61,723 nucleotides of DNA from positions 1 through 61,723 of the IMG/VR virus record IMGVR_UViG_3300043472_000004; one strand, given 5' to 3'. Below are positions 43,645 to 53,639 of this stretch, one piece after another. Origin of the DNA: a virus (taxonomy: Duplodnaviria; Caudoviricetes). The notes beneath the pieces were generated by a model that saw only the letters and a program-made list of their open reading frames with translations, ran no database searches and was not told where the DNA came from. The translations under genes and the position numbers were made by a program. Within the stretch, counting starts at the first letter, position 1. Every line of letters begins with the position of its first letter.

Positions 43645-44127
43645 ATGTTTAAGAAGCCTTGGGATAAGATTCGTGACCGACTACGCGAACCGGTACTGAG
43701 CGACCGCAGACTAGATATTGCTGCGGCAATTAGCTGGATTCTCATTGGTGTTTGGGGAGTGGCTTCTGCGGCAGCGGGTCAGACTATCGTTACTCGTGTC
43801 GCTGGTCAGGACTACGGCCTACCGTGGGGACTATCCCTTGGCTTGTTCGGCCTCATTGCCGGGATTGCCGCCGCTAGTACGATGGTTGGCTTGAATCGCA
43901 TCAGTATGATCATCAAGGAATCAATAGAGCTCATCACCCTGAGTATGTTGACCGGCACGCTGAGTGTTGTAACGCTACTTCGTGGTGTCGCAATCTTTAC
44001 CGAGGGGCTCTCCGCTACAACAATCGCGTCCTTTGCTATTACGGCCTTCTTCCTTGTATTTCCAACGTGGCGTATCTTCCACCTAACAGAGCGCATTAGG
44101 GTACTGCGTAAACTAACGAGGAAGTAA
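43645..44127 (+). CDS. Membrane protein with about 4 TM helices
   Basis: Four hydrophobic segments. Confidence 0.7.
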   Translation: MFKKPWDKIRDRLREPVLSDRRLDIAAAISWILIGVWGVASAAAGQTIVTRVAGQDYGLPWGLSLGLFGLIAGIAAASTMVGLNRISMIIKESIELITLSMLTGTLSVVTLLRGVAIFTEGLSATTIASFAITAFFLVFPTWRIFHLTERIRVLRKLTRK

Positions 44128-44492
44128 TGAATTGGTCACTCATTATTTCCATTGCCGCTCTGGTTATCGGTCCCGCCGCTGGTCTTCTTGTCGCGGTCAT
44201 TGCTAACAACCGCACCAAGAAGGACAACCAGCTAACAGCTACCTTTCAGAATAGAAGGGTAGACGTGGATGAGCGTAATTCAGAGACGAGTTATTTTACC
44301 GCTATTATCGACGGTTTCGTTGAACAGAATCGCGTTCAGAACGTTGCCCTCAGCAAGCTTGAGCACAAGGTGGAGTCACTGGAGGCACGCGTTAATAATC
44401 AGGAAGCTCGTGAAGCTCTGATGCGTAACTATATTGAAACGCTCAAGAAGCTTATCCCAAATCCTCCGGGCGCTCCACCGTCGCCGTTCTAG
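44127..44492 (+). CDS. Membrane-anchored coiled-coil protein
   Basis: N-terminal TM helix, heptad region, Pro-rich end. Confidence 0.7.
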   Translation: MNWSLIISIAALVIGPAAGLLVAVIANNRTKKDNQLTATFQNRRVDVDERNSETSYFTAIIDGFVEQNRVQNVALSKLEHKVESLEARVNNQEAREALMRNYIETLKKLIPNPPGAPPSPF

Positions 44493-45397
44493 CGGACAGC
44501 CCTCGTGGTCAGTGTCTGCCCGCGTGTCTTTGTGCCGCGTACCCATGCCTTACAGCCTAGGCACTTGAACAGGTCGTAGCTCTGAACGTTGGTGTGCGTG
44601 AGCCCAGACTCAACGAGTTCAGTGCCACCACAGTATGGGCAGCAATCATCGATCATGCCATAGAGCCCAAGATGCGGCGCGTTGGTGAGCCACGGGAGAA
44701 GATGTAGATATGTCTTCTCGGTAATGATCACGTCCTGCTTGTTGTACTCTTCCATGAGTGCCCAAGCATCAGGGTCGTCATTCATGCAATCGACCCAAAG
44801 CTGGAATCCAGTGTGCTCTAGCTTCGCACCCTCGCCGGTGAACTGAGCAAGGTAGTCAAGCTTACGTGAGGGAAGGTCAAACTGTACCTTGTTGATCTTC
44901 ATGATGTCAATATTCTTATATGGCTTAGCGGGTCCCAAGTCTTCTGCAAGGAACTCATTATTGATACGTCGCATGTCATATCGAACGCTGTTATATCCCA
45001 CCACAAAGTCAGCCTCAGAGAGCAGGTCGTGAGCAGCGCGCACCATTGCGTGGTACCCATCCTTGTACGTGGAGTAGAAGAGAATCTCTTCACTGTCTAG
45101 CCACTTGGCGGCGAAACAGATCATGCCACCGTTCTCCTTGATCTGGGTAATCCCTACATTCTGATCCCAGAGTCCCCATACCCATGCGGTAATGGGCTTT
45201 GATTCAATATCGATAGTGAGAATGCGAGCACCCTCTACGCTTCGTGTAGCTGGCGTATCGTATTCAAAGAACTTACCTTTGCGAACCTTCTCGCGTGCGT
45301 TGTTAATGGAAGACTTTCCGACACCGAGTTTAATCCCGGCATCCCTAGACGAGAGTCCATCAACGGACTTCAGCATTGCATAAGTAATCTTTTGCAT
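44489..45397 (-). CDS. DnaQ/RNase H-like 3'-5' exonuclease with N-terminal HTH and C-terminal Zn ribbon
   Basis: ILTIDIE, VVGYNSVRYD, KLDYLA, YNKQDV; CPYCG...C..C. Confidence 0.85.
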   Translation of the reverse strand: MQKITYAMLKSVDGLSSRDAGIKLGVGKSSINNAREKVRKGKFFEYDTPATRSVEGARILTIDIESKPITAWVWGLWDQNVGITQIKENGGMICFAAKWLDSEEILFYSTYKDGYHAMVRAAHDLLSEADFVVGYNSVRYDMRRINNEFLAEDLGPAKPYKNIDIMKINKVQFDLPSRKLDYLAQFTGEGAKLEHTGFQLWVDCMNDDPDAWALMEEYNKQDVIITEKTYLHLLPWLTNAPHLGLYGMIDDCCPYCGGTELVESGLTHTNVQSYDLFKCLGCKAWVRGTKTRGQTLTTRAVR

Positions 45398-45456
45398 AGC
45401 TCCCTTTCCTGTACTTACCATACTACATCATGTCCGACTTGTCAAACTGGGCATAG

Positions 45457-45488
45457 AAAAGCACCCTGCCGATATATGCAGGGTGCTC
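45457..45488 (-). terminator. Intrinsic terminator
   Basis: AGCACCCTGC-loop-GCAGGGTGCT-TTT on the - strand. Confidence 0.7.
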
Positions 45489-45555
45489 AACTATTAGATA
45501 AGTCACCTACCTCTCGGCCACGTGGGATAAAATCACTTGGGGCTAAGAGGAAGCG

Positions 45556-45909
45556 TTACTGGATGAGACTCTCGGGTGGATTACCTGTCGAAGGATCACC
45601 AAAAGTACCACCGGGCGCAACGGTTCCTCCACCATTCACTACCGTGTTGTTCGGCTGTGATGCGGAGATAATTGTTGCCTGTCCGATTTCGCGCAGCTTA
45701 TCCTTTGCAAGATAACCAGCGAGGGTAGCGGCCCCGGCGACAATGGCCGAGTAGATCAGGGGTCCGAATGCGCCTAGACTATCGAAGACGTGCGGGTCTA
45801 GTGCGCCAACCGCAGCCATAACTGCCGCCGAACCCAAACCAGCTAGTACACCCCAGATAGCTCCCCACTTAATCTTCGGGGAAACAGGTGTTGAAATTGT
45901 CGTTGCCAT
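45556..45909 (-). CDS. Holin-like two-TM membrane protein
   Basis: SPKI..GA...two TM segments...LAGY.A.D. Confidence 0.6.
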   Translation of the reverse strand: MATTISTPVSPKIKWGAIWGVLAGLGSAAVMAAVGALDPHVFDSLGAFGPLIYSAIVAGAATLAGYLAKDKLREIGQATIISASQPNNTVVNGGGTVAPGGTFGDPSTGNPPESLIQ

Positions 45910-45954
45910 GCGTGCCTTTCTTTTGGATGTTATTATTCTACACTATTAGTTGGA

Positions 45955-46419
45955 CTAGATCAAATCCGGGAAGTAGGCTTCGAGCGTAGGTATGTGCCGC
46001 TTGATAATCATGCGCTTGAGGATGTGGATAATAGCATCATTTGCATCTCGTCCGTCCTTGTGACCGACCATCTTACCTGTCTGCCACATCCCGATACGCT
46101 TGAGAACTGCGTCCATTTCTCCGGCTTTGCCTTTGAAGCTCGGCGTCTGCCAGTAGATATCCTTGAAGTGCTGTTCCCATGTATCCTCAATAACACCTTC
46201 AAGCTTGACGCCTTCGATATTCGGCACGAACCCCCGATTACGCAGGACGAATCGCTCTACCACCAGTTCGTCTCCATACTCATCATGCCAGTAGCTACAT
46301 GATTTTTTGAAGTCGGCAGTAATCCAAGCACCTTCTAGTTCAAAAGGTTGCGTATCTGAGTAGTCTCCCCACGCCCAACCCGTAGCTACACCGGGATCAC
46401 TCCCTGTTATCGTTGGCAT
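45955..46419 (-). CDS. RuvC-like Holliday junction resolvase
   Basis: GSDPGVATGWA, LVVERF, DANDAIIH. Confidence 0.8.
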   Translation of the reverse strand: MPTITGSDPGVATGWAWGDYSDTQPFELEGAWITADFKKSCSYWHDEYGDELVVERFVLRNRGFVPNIEGVKLEGVIEDTWEQHFKDIYWQTPSFKGKAGEMDAVLKRIGMWQTGKMVGHKDGRDANDAIIHILKRMIIKRHIPTLEAYFPDLI

Positions 46420-46492
46420 ACCGTAACCACCACCTCGATTACAGCTATACAGCAAATGACAAGAAACGTTATGTAGAAGAATTTAGTATCAC

Positions 46493-47098
46493 TCATGCTT
46501 TGATGTACTCCTTCATTTCCGTGTCGCTCATCATGTGCAGGACACCACGTCGAGCGCCCCATTCGCGGACCCACTTGCCACCGTTGCGCCTTGCGTAGGT
46601 AATTTCAACGGTGCCCTTACCTTGCTTGCGTGCCAATAGCCAGAGTTGCTCTCGCGTTACGTCTGGGTGTGACTGTCCAGCGTTGTCGCCGGTCTTGATC
46701 GTGCCGCCCTCGGTAAAGGACTTAGAGTATCCTAGCCGCGTCTCCCAGCCATACTTTTCTGCGAGAGCACACAGCTTTTCTGCTGGCGTATCGAGGTAGA
46801 TTTCCGGCTTGGCATCTTCGGCCTTGATCAGTACCTGTGGCTCAGTATCGATATCCTCTTCAACCTGAACCGCCGCAGCCATTTCAGCCTTGAGGTCCCG
46901 CGCCCACTGGTGCCAGTCACGCCCATCACCCGGTCCAAAAGTACCGTAGGGATTATGCTGCGATGTTGTAGTTGGGACTGAAGGGCTCTGACTCCGTGAA
47001 GTAGAACTTGTAGGTGAGGTTGTCGAACTTATGATGAAGGGTGATTTTTTGGTTACGTGGTGCGTATTTCCTAGTATCAGTTGGTCTAGCATAGACAT
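46493..47098 (-). CDS. Hypothetical protein with an S/T-rich linker
   Basis: SD GGAG; ORF track. Confidence 0.6.
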   Translation of the reverse strand: MSMLDQLILGNTHHVTKKSPFIISSTTSPTSSTSRSQSPSVPTTTSQHNPYGTFGPGDGRDWHQWARDLKAEMAAAVQVEEDIDTEPQVLIKAEDAKPEIYLDTPAEKLCALAEKYGWETRLGYSKSFTEGGTIKTGDNAGQSHPDVTREQLWLLARKQGKGTVEITYARRNGGKWVREWGARRGVLHMMSDTEMKEYIKA

Positions 47099-47363
47099 AA
47101 TCTCCAAGCGCTTGATTAATATTAAGGAAGCTATCGTACATGGTGTTGGCGGCGTATTGCAATTGAAACGACCAGCTATCGTAGCTAACAGTAATAGTAG
47201 GATTGGGCACTAGTTCCTCCCGTGCGCAATGTGGACACCCTTACAATCCGGGCATCGATAGACTTTCATTCCCTTGTGGTGGTTCTCGTTGATCCAGTTC
47301 CAAGCGGCTTGCTCGTCAATGAATCTCATTTTAGCCTTACCGGTATGTCCAAAGCAAGAAAGG

Positions 47364-47717
47364 CTAGACTTCCTCTTCGATAGTCTCATCTATTTCCTTA
47401 TAACCCCCGCCAGAAATCATGTTCAGCATGTCAAGTTCATCCACTATCCATGGATCGTCTAGGTTCAACAACACGACCTTGATGGCGTTCGCCAGCCCCG
47501 GAGACTCCACTGATGCCACGTAAATGTACCGACACAGGAAGTTAGGCGTCTCGCCTACCGCTAATATGGTCCCCGGAGAGGCTGGTAGCGCCGCTGACGG
47601 ACGAACGTGCATGGGTAGGTGTAAGGACTCGAAGGCTTTTTTTAAGGGGCTTAGATTGGCACTGAGGGCTTCCCATGGATAAATGCACAGGGGTACTACT
47701 CCTTCAACACCAGCCAT
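47364..47717 (-). CDS. Hypothetical protein (start uncertain)
   Basis: ORF track, follows the primase/helicase. Confidence 0.6.
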   Translation of the reverse strand: MAGVEGVVPLCIYPWEALSANLSPLKKAFESLHLPMHVRPSAALPASPGTILAVGETPNFLCRYIYVASVESPGLANAIKVVLLNLDDPWIVDELDMLNMISGGGYKEIDETIEEEV

Positions 47718-49960
47718 TTCACTCCCTTTTCGGGGACCTCTTGTAGTAGTCCCTGCATCATAAGATCATTGATCTGCTCACCAAGCTCACGTCCCTTACG
47801 GTCAGAGAATCTGCGGAGCACAACCTCACGACGGACCTTGACACCCTTGCTCGCAATGAACTCAAGAATCTGATCGCATGAACGCTTCCAGTCCGACGCG
47901 CTAATGCCCTCGGTCATGGCCACAAGATTATGCAACCACGCCTCACACATCTGGATAGCCACCAGAACGTGGTGCAACGTGACGCTATCAGCAGCCTCTT
48001 CGGCAGCCAGTAGTGCAGCAACGCGCATCATGTTCGGACCAAGGCGACGGATCGAAGGATCAAGTAGCTCCCACTTCGGGTGCTTCTTGCGGAACGCCCT
48101 ATCGATTACCCACTTCATCTGCCCAACACGAGCAATGGCATCACGATCCCACGGAATACCAAAGCGTGTCTTCTTGTACTTGACCTTCAGCAACTTCTTC
48201 GTGTTCGCAAACTCAGCCGACCACTGGCGACACATAGGCTCATAGCCTAGCTGCACATAGTCAGCACCGTTCGCCATGTTCACGTCCATCGAGTCTTCGG
48301 AAACCTCGCGGTCCTCACCGATGTACCAAATGAATCGAGCAAGGAAGCCAGAGTAGATCATGTCGTCCGTGAGAACGTTCGTGATCGACAGCTTGCCCTT
48401 CCTCGTGCCGAGCAGATGAATGTTGAAGTACGTCCTAGCACTCTTACCACTGATATCTCTGTTGCCAGTACGCAGCATAGGCGGAACATATCCGTCATAG
48501 TACTGTGCCAGCATTTCCAAGATACCTGCGGTCCAGTTCTGGCTCCCGGCGTTAAGCTGAGCAAACCAACCGTGAGCCTCATCAGCATTCAGCACGCTAG
48601 TCTTGCGGTCACGACCAAGCAACGCCTCGTGGAGCGCGTTCGGGCTAGCGTTAGTACCGATAGACCATGACGAATCTTCGTGGAGCTCGTCCATCATGGC
48701 GCGCCACAACTTCAAGTGCGAAGTCTTACCGGAGCCAGAGTCGCCAACCCCCATAAGGTAGAGATTCGTGTTCTCTTCACCATTGGACATTGGCAGATAC
48801 ACGCAGTCACTAAACGCCTCGGAAAGAATGGACAAGCCGTTCATTTCCACGTAGGGTGCGTTATATACACGCCCTAGCTTCGAGCGGTTCCACTCGTCCC
48901 AACGCTTGAGCCAGTTATCCTCGCCAGCAACAGAGGCGCGCTCGTCGTCCGAGAGCAGAGACAGATCGAACTGTCCTACCTTAGGTACTTCCGGCCCGCT
49001 AATACCCTCGCCAGTCTCATACGCAACCTCGCCCTGAGCCTTGAGTGCTTCCTGAATCAGGCCGCGTAGGTTACGGGGGTCGTCTCGCCACTTCTGGCTA
49101 GCAGGAGCGTGCCACGCCAAACTGAGTACGTCCTCAAAGTCAAGCGTTCCTGTACGGAACAGGTCACAGAGAAGACGGTAACGCATCCGTGAGCGGTCAA
49201 CATCAGCGGGTACCTCTTTCGTCAGCGTCTCAACATCGAAACCCTCGGGCAGCTTGTCGAGTGCGTCAGCATAGTCTGGGAGGTCCTCAATCGACTCGTA
49301 AGACACGTCCGGTGGCAGACGGATAATTGCCCGGTCTACCAGTTCTATGTCGTCGTAGCCCCCACTGAGGTCCTTAGCGTCGTACATATCACCCGAGAAC
49401 GTAACCGTAACATCCTCAGGATAGCCATGAGAATGATTGGTCGTAAGCGGCACGCGAAGAACCTTGTTCGCTGACCACGAGCTAGGGTCTGAACCCTGAT
49501 CCCGGTGGGCGATAGCAATCTTGCGACTGATCTGGGATGCCTCGTGTGCGGGGACTGGCTCAGTTAGCATCCAGTAATCCTGATAGCGTCCAGCAGAGGA
49601 CTGAATGTGAACGGACGGACGGAACCTAAAGTTTTGTGGCTCGCACGTATCCGAGTCCTGATAGGCGGTCTGGCTCCACAGGGCATTCTCTGGAATGCGG
49701 CGAAGCTTACCACTCTCTCCACGCTCGTCCCCATAGATCAGGGGCGAAGCGTAGACATCCTCATTGCGGTGGTCCATTGTCCACTGGATGATTTCGTCAA
49801 GCTGCTCAGGGTACTTGAAGTCCTCAAAGCGGTTGACCTTACCACGTGGTCCCGGTCGGTCCCGTAGTCCCACGATAACGTTGCCAGACATTTCAGCCCA
49901 GATGCTTTCATAGAATGTCCGTAGGGTTTTCTTTTGTACAGCCTCGTTTGGCACGGGCAC
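47696..49960 (-). CDS. Primase-helicase (RepB-like primase + P-loop/DUF3987-like domain)
   Basis: D.D...PS...SS.GRYQ.YW, D......VLRVP.T.N; NLY..GVGDSGSGKT; DEAHG; GFLARF. Confidence 0.85.
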   Translation of the reverse strand: MPVPNEAVQKKTLRTFYESIWAEMSGNVIVGLRDRPGPRGKVNRFEDFKYPEQLDEIIQWTMDHRNEDVYASPLIYGDERGESGKLRRIPENALWSQTAYQDSDTCEPQNFRFRPSVHIQSSAGRYQDYWMLTEPVPAHEASQISRKIAIAHRDQGSDPSSWSANKVLRVPLTTNHSHGYPEDVTVTFSGDMYDAKDLSGGYDDIELVDRAIIRLPPDVSYESIEDLPDYADALDKLPEGFDVETLTKEVPADVDRSRMRYRLLCDLFRTGTLDFEDVLSLAWHAPASQKWRDDPRNLRGLIQEALKAQGEVAYETGEGISGPEVPKVGQFDLSLLSDDERASVAGEDNWLKRWDEWNRSKLGRVYNAPYVEMNGLSILSEAFSDCVYLPMSNGEENTNLYLMGVGDSGSGKTSHLKLWRAMMDELHEDSSWSIGTNASPNALHEALLGRDRKTSVLNADEAHGWFAQLNAGSQNWTAGILEMLAQYYDGYVPPMLRTGNRDISGKSARTYFNIHLLGTRKGKLSITNVLTDDMIYSGFLARFIWYIGEDREVSEDSMDVNMANGADYVQLGYEPMCRQWSAEFANTKKLLKVKYKKTRFGIPWDRDAIARVGQMKWVIDRAFRKKHPKWELLDPSIRRLGPNMMRVAALLAAEEAADSVTLHHVLVAIQMCEAWLHNLVAMTEGISASDWKRSCDQILEFIASKGVKVRREVVLRRFSDRKGRELGEQINDLMMQGLLQEVPEKGVKWLVLKE

Positions 49961-49963
49961 TCC

Positions 49964-50143
49964 CTAGGAAAGTGAAAATGTTACTTTAAGATATGGTGGT
50001 GCGGTCCAAGTAAGGCCGGGAAAATTCTGATGCTTCTCCCAGTAAAGCTCTACTCCATCTTCATTACTAAAGGCGAGTGTAATCTCCTGATCATTCTCTT
50101 CCTTAACGGACCACGTTCCGGAAAAGGTTTTAGTTTTCAGCAT
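49964..50143 (-). CDS. Small hypothetical protein (59 aa, below the track cut-off)
   Basis: MLKTKTFSGTW... after SD GAGGGAG. Confidence 0.5.
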   Translation of the reverse strand: MLKTKTFSGTWSVKEENDQEITLAFSNEDGVELYWEKHQNFPGLTWTAPPYLKVTFSLS

Positions 50144-50157
50144 GACGCTCCCTCAAT

Positions 50158-50231
50158 TGGTACCCAGCAATGGAGTCGAACCATCGGACGAAGTTTGGAC
50201 CTTCGCAACCGCTACTCAATTAGTACTGGGG
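50158..50231 (-). tRNA. tRNA-Trp(CCA)-like, atypical
   Basis: CGAAG-gtccaaa-CTTCG; T arm GATGG-ttcgact-CCATT; encoded ACCA; 1:72 mismatch. Confidence 0.7.
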
Positions 50232-50271
50232 ATTGGTGCCACTCCCGATTAGTGGCTAGTTCACCGGGATA

Positions 50272-50649
50272 TTACCAAGGAAGACCGCTATCAGCGCTGC
50301 TGCTGGCTGCAACTGCGCTCTCGCCCTTCCGCCATTTAACGACGATGGAATTGACCCATGTGGTTTGAAGCTGGCGACCCTTAGAGCCGTCCTGCTTCTC
50401 GTACTCATGCTCGGTCAGGCTGGCATCAACCTCAACAAGGTCGCCATAGCGAACATCCTCATTTGCGAGGTCGCCCCAAAGCGCTACTTGAATCTTCGAG
50501 ACGTTACCCGTCTTCTCGTAGTCTCCGGTGTCCTTGTTCTTGCGTTCCTCATTGACATAGACGACCAACTTTAGACCGTTGCTATCCTTGCCGATACGCT
50601 CCGGCTCAGCGACTACTCCACCATCGAACGTTGCATTAAATCTGGACAA
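50272..50649 (-). CDS. ssb: Single-stranded DNA-binding protein
   Basis: OB-fold pattern (VALWG.LA...GDLVEV..SL....YE..DG.KG); acidic C-terminal tip ending PW; TTG start after GGAG. Confidence 0.85.
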   Translation of the reverse strand: MSRFNATFDGGVVAEPERIGKDSNGLKLVVYVNEERKNKDTGDYEKTGNVSKIQVALWGDLANEDVRYGDLVEVDASLTEHEYEKQDGSKGRQLQTTWVNSIVVKWRKGESAVAASSSADSGLPW

Positions 50650-50650
50650 A

Positions 50651-50869
50651 TTATTCTCCCATTCCAAGCGCCATAAGCGCAAGATTAAGCGCATCAATCA
50701 GCGCCTCTGTTTCCTCTACACTAAGGTTAGCATAGACATCGTAGTTTCTCAAGGACACGAGAACTGGGGTCAGTGGATCATACTCCATTGGCTGCACATG
50801 AGCAACCGTGTACCCCGTCTCATCCTTGATAACCGTTCCGCCTACGCCTACTTCTGCACTAGTTACCAA
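50651..50869 (-). CDS. Hypothetical protein
   Basis: ORF track, coupled. Confidence 0.5.
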   Translation of the reverse strand: MVTSAEVGVGGTVIKDETGYTVAHVQPMEYDPLTPVLVSLRNYDVYANLSVEETEALIDALNLALMALGMGE

Positions 50870-51731
50870 TAGCTAGCCTTTCTCTTTGGAGCTTACCGAT
50901 TTTGATTTCGGATTTCTTTGCTGCAAGAAGACCCTGAAACCATTCAAAGTGCTCTTGCATGTCCATTGCCTCAACGAGCTCGACGTACGCTGGGACCGGA
51001 TTTCCCTTATTGTCCACATCGTTCGGTCGTACATGGAGGAAACCGTAGTTATCAAACCACTCATCTGATTTCCATTCCTCTTCTACGTAAGTCCCGTCCT
51101 CCTGCTTGAGTAGCATCGTTTCCGCAAACCTTAGTGCGGCAAGCTGCATGCTATGCTCAGGCCAAAGAGAACGGGATGTCTTAGCATCGATCAACCAACG
51201 TTCCTTGTTGATAACGCAGTCTAGGTCCAGTGTTCCGGCGTATCCCAGTGTGTGATTCCACACCGTAAGTTCGGTATGGCGTGGTGAGATATTTCGCTCA
51301 CTAAACCAATCGTCCCACACGGATACCATTTCCCAGAATGCTTCGGGCTCTAGGGTTGTGTTCGGATACGAAAACGCGGGATCAATATCTGCTTCGATCC
51401 ATTCGTGCATGCTCGTGCCAAGTTCGGCTGCGTCGTTGAGCACGCCCAAATGATAGTTGCGGATATCATAACCCTTTTCTAGTGGTAGCGGCGAGCGCTT
51501 GTGATACCACCGTAGAGAATTCCATCCCTGCGTTTCCGTCTTGCTGAGTAGGGCGTCGATGTTAGCCACGGCATACGCTGCCGTTTGATCAACCGCCCAC
51601 TGTACGATACCCGGTTGCGCCGCCATCTTTAGGACGGTCGTCACCGAGGGCACTACATCACCAGTTAGAGGGTGACGGTAGCCGCGTCCGCCGAAACCCG
51701 AGTTCCGTACAGCAAGATCGGGTTGTGTCAT
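50859..51731 (-). CDS. PD-(D/E)XK (Cas4/RecB-like) exonuclease
   Basis: PSVTTVL, GT..H..IE, YAGTLD, LID.KTS, QLAA. Confidence 0.88.
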   Translation of the reverse strand: MTQPDLAVRNSGFGGRGYRHPLTGDVVPSVTTVLKMAAQPGIVQWAVDQTAAYAVANIDALLSKTETQGWNSLRWYHKRSPLPLEKGYDIRNYHLGVLNDAAELGTSMHEWIEADIDPAFSYPNTTLEPEAFWEMVSVWDDWFSERNISPRHTELTVWNHTLGYAGTLDLDCVINKERWLIDAKTSRSLWPEHSMQLAALRFAETMLLKQEDGTYVEEEWKSDEWFDNYGFLHVRPNDVDNKGNPVPAYVELVEAMDMQEHFEWFQGLLAAKKSEIKIGKLQRERLAIGN

Positions 51732-52036
51732 GAGCCAACAAGTTCATCAGTGCCATCCCAAAAGAACTCCGAGACGGGGCGGTGCATACCGCAACGTACG
51801 CAATACGTAGCACCGTAGAACTTCGGATCACGAGCGTATGTCTCAGCCAAAGGCAAACTCATAGTTGTTACCGAACCACAAGTTGTGTGCTGGTACTTAC
51901 GCCGTACAGGTCTAACAAATCCCTTAGCTCTCTCTTTCTCGCTGAGGACTAGATAGGCCGCTTGCTGGGGCACGGGCTCGCTATCGGCACCGTGCCCCAA
52001 GCGAGGGTCGTCTGGATTGGTTACAAGGTCAGCCAT
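51728..52036 (-). CDS. Conserved Cys/His phage protein
   Basis: H..CG..T.M....AETYARDP.FYGATYC..C..H. Confidence 0.75.
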   Translation of the reverse strand: MADLVTNPDDPRLGHGADSEPVPQQAAYLVLSEKERAKGFVRPVRRKYQHTTCGSVTTMSLPLAETYARDPKFYGATYCVRCGMHRPVSEFFWDGTDELVGS

Positions 52037-52797
52037 TACGCCTCCTGAACTTGCTGGTCCTTAGCAATCTTCACGAGTGCATCGTAGGTCTGCTGAAGGG
52101 CGGTGGGGTTCATGATGAAGTCCTCTCCACCAAATCCTGCACCGATAGCATTGATCTGCGATCCGTCGTACCCGATAGCTCCCGCTGCCGCCTTGACATG
52201 ACCCTGAAGCCTCTTAAGCTGGGCCTCATAAGTCTGTGCTGCACCAGTGATTGTCTTCTCAGTACGACTCGGCGGTGCTGGCGTGCCGACTGCACTTGCT
52301 GGCAGGTTGGCATCCTTAGTGTAGTACTCGTCAGGATCAGGCTCACCCGTTGCGATATTGAATGTAAGCAGGTTGGCAATCTTCTGCGCTGTGGTGTACG
52401 CCTTACGCAGCCCCTTGTCGTCGTTACCCGCGCCCTCGCCCCAGAATGGACCCGCTTCAAACTCGGACCCATCAATGGCCGACACGTATGTCACCATGAT
52501 TTCAACCGAAACCATCGGGAAGACACGAGTAGAACCAAGGTCGCGATTCTCCACATCCCTGCTCACCGTGCGAACACGGGTCACAACGTTGTTCTCCTGA
52601 AGCTGCTTGGTCACTGTCTCGATGATGTCGTCGTTCTTAACGAAGTTATACTTGGTCTTACCAAAGTCCATGACTCCGTTCTTCTCGATCTTGCCGACTT
52701 CAGCCTGAATAAGATTAATCGCTTCCAGAATCTTGCTTGTCTTGACTGTCGCCTTAGGCATTGCCTTAGTGGGTGTTGCTGGTGCTGTTGTTGTCAC
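52036..52797 (-). CDS. ERF-family single-strand annealing protein
   Basis: IEKNG...Y.F; GEG....DKG..KAYT.A.K....TF.I.TG.PD. Confidence 0.85.
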   Translation of the reverse strand: MTTTAPATPTKAMPKATVKTSKILEAINLIQAEVGKIEKNGVMDFGKTKYNFVKNDDIIETVTKQLQENNVVTRVRTVSRDVENRDLGSTRVFPMVSVEIMVTYVSAIDGSEFEAGPFWGEGAGNDDKGLRKAYTTAQKIANLLTFNIATGEPDPDEYYTKDANLPASAVGTPAPPSRTEKTITGAAQTYEAQLKRLQGHVKAAAGAIGYDGSQINAIGAGFGGEDFIMNPTALQQTYDALVKIAKDQQVQEA

Positions 52798-53281
52798 CGT
52801 TATATTCTCCCTTATCAAATAAATTACCGAAGATGTAGACCTTACCGGCACGGACGCCCCATGCCGGGGGCGCTACTTTTGCTGCTTTATCACACAGTTC
52901 AAAAACTGGGCAACCCTTACACATTTCCTCCGCATACTTAGGTGAAGGAACCTGACTAACATCGTCCTCCGATGCGTCCCAGTCAACGAAGCTGGCGGGG
53001 TTTCCCTTACACTTAGTATCTATCAAGTCCAACGCTTTGTCAAACTTTATGAGTTGGATATGATCGTCAATGGTCAGCGAGGACTTATCGTACATGGTCC
53101 TGTCGAGTAGGTGCGTGCCACCAATGATGATCTGATCGCTATTGGTATGAGACTTGTTGTTGCGCAAGTTCCTACACGTGCGACACCGCCTACGAATCTT
53201 CCCATTCTTTAAGCGCTCATACATCGTCGTCTCGGGCGTACGAATGTGGCCTTGACGACAGCGCTCGGGCTCATCGCTCAT
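52766..53281 (-). CDS. WhiB-like transcription factor with an N-terminal C-x2-GH...C-x2-C Zn-finger
   Basis: C...C.GCPV...C...WGVRAG. Confidence 0.75.
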   Translation of the reverse strand: MSDEPERCRQGHIRTPETTMYERLKNGKIRRRCRTCRNLRNNKSHTNSDQIIIGGTHLLDRTMYDKSSLTIDDHIQLIKFDKALDLIDTKCKGNPASFVDWDASEDDVSQVPSPKYAEEMCKGCPVFELCDKAAKVAPPAWGVRAGKVYIFGNLFDKGEYNGDNNSTSNTH

Positions 53282-53639
53282 AGCGAACAGTTCTAATCCC
53301 TGCATTTTCAGCGAGGTCCGCAGTCATAGTCGCACCCTTGGAACCATCCTTGATGAACGCTAGGCATACATCGGCTCCTGATTCCACCATTTGTGCATTG
53401 CGAACAAACCCAGCGCGCTTGCCATGCTTCTCCCAGTCAGCAGGATAAAGCTCAAGTGGAAGACGATTCTCTATCCAGATCTTTTTGCAAATAGCATCGG
53501 CACCTTTTGGGCAGTCACCATTGATCATGATAACTCCATGCCACACGTTATGGCTTTCCAATTCATAATGGAGAGCATCCCATATAAACGGGACATCATC
53601 CCATGTTCGTGAACCCGTAACTAAAATTCTGTACGTCAC
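53271..53639 (-). CDS. DUF2493/SLOG (DprA-like) protein
   Basis: RILVTGSR.W, G.CPKGAD, PADW..HGK.AG..RN..MV, S.GA......AE.AGI. Confidence 0.88.
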   Translation of the reverse strand: MTYRILVTGSRTWDDVPFIWDALHYELESHNVWHGVIMINGDCPKGADAICKKIWIENRLPLELYPADWEKHGKRAGFVRNAQMVESGADVCLAFIKDGSKGATMTADLAENAGIRTVRYER

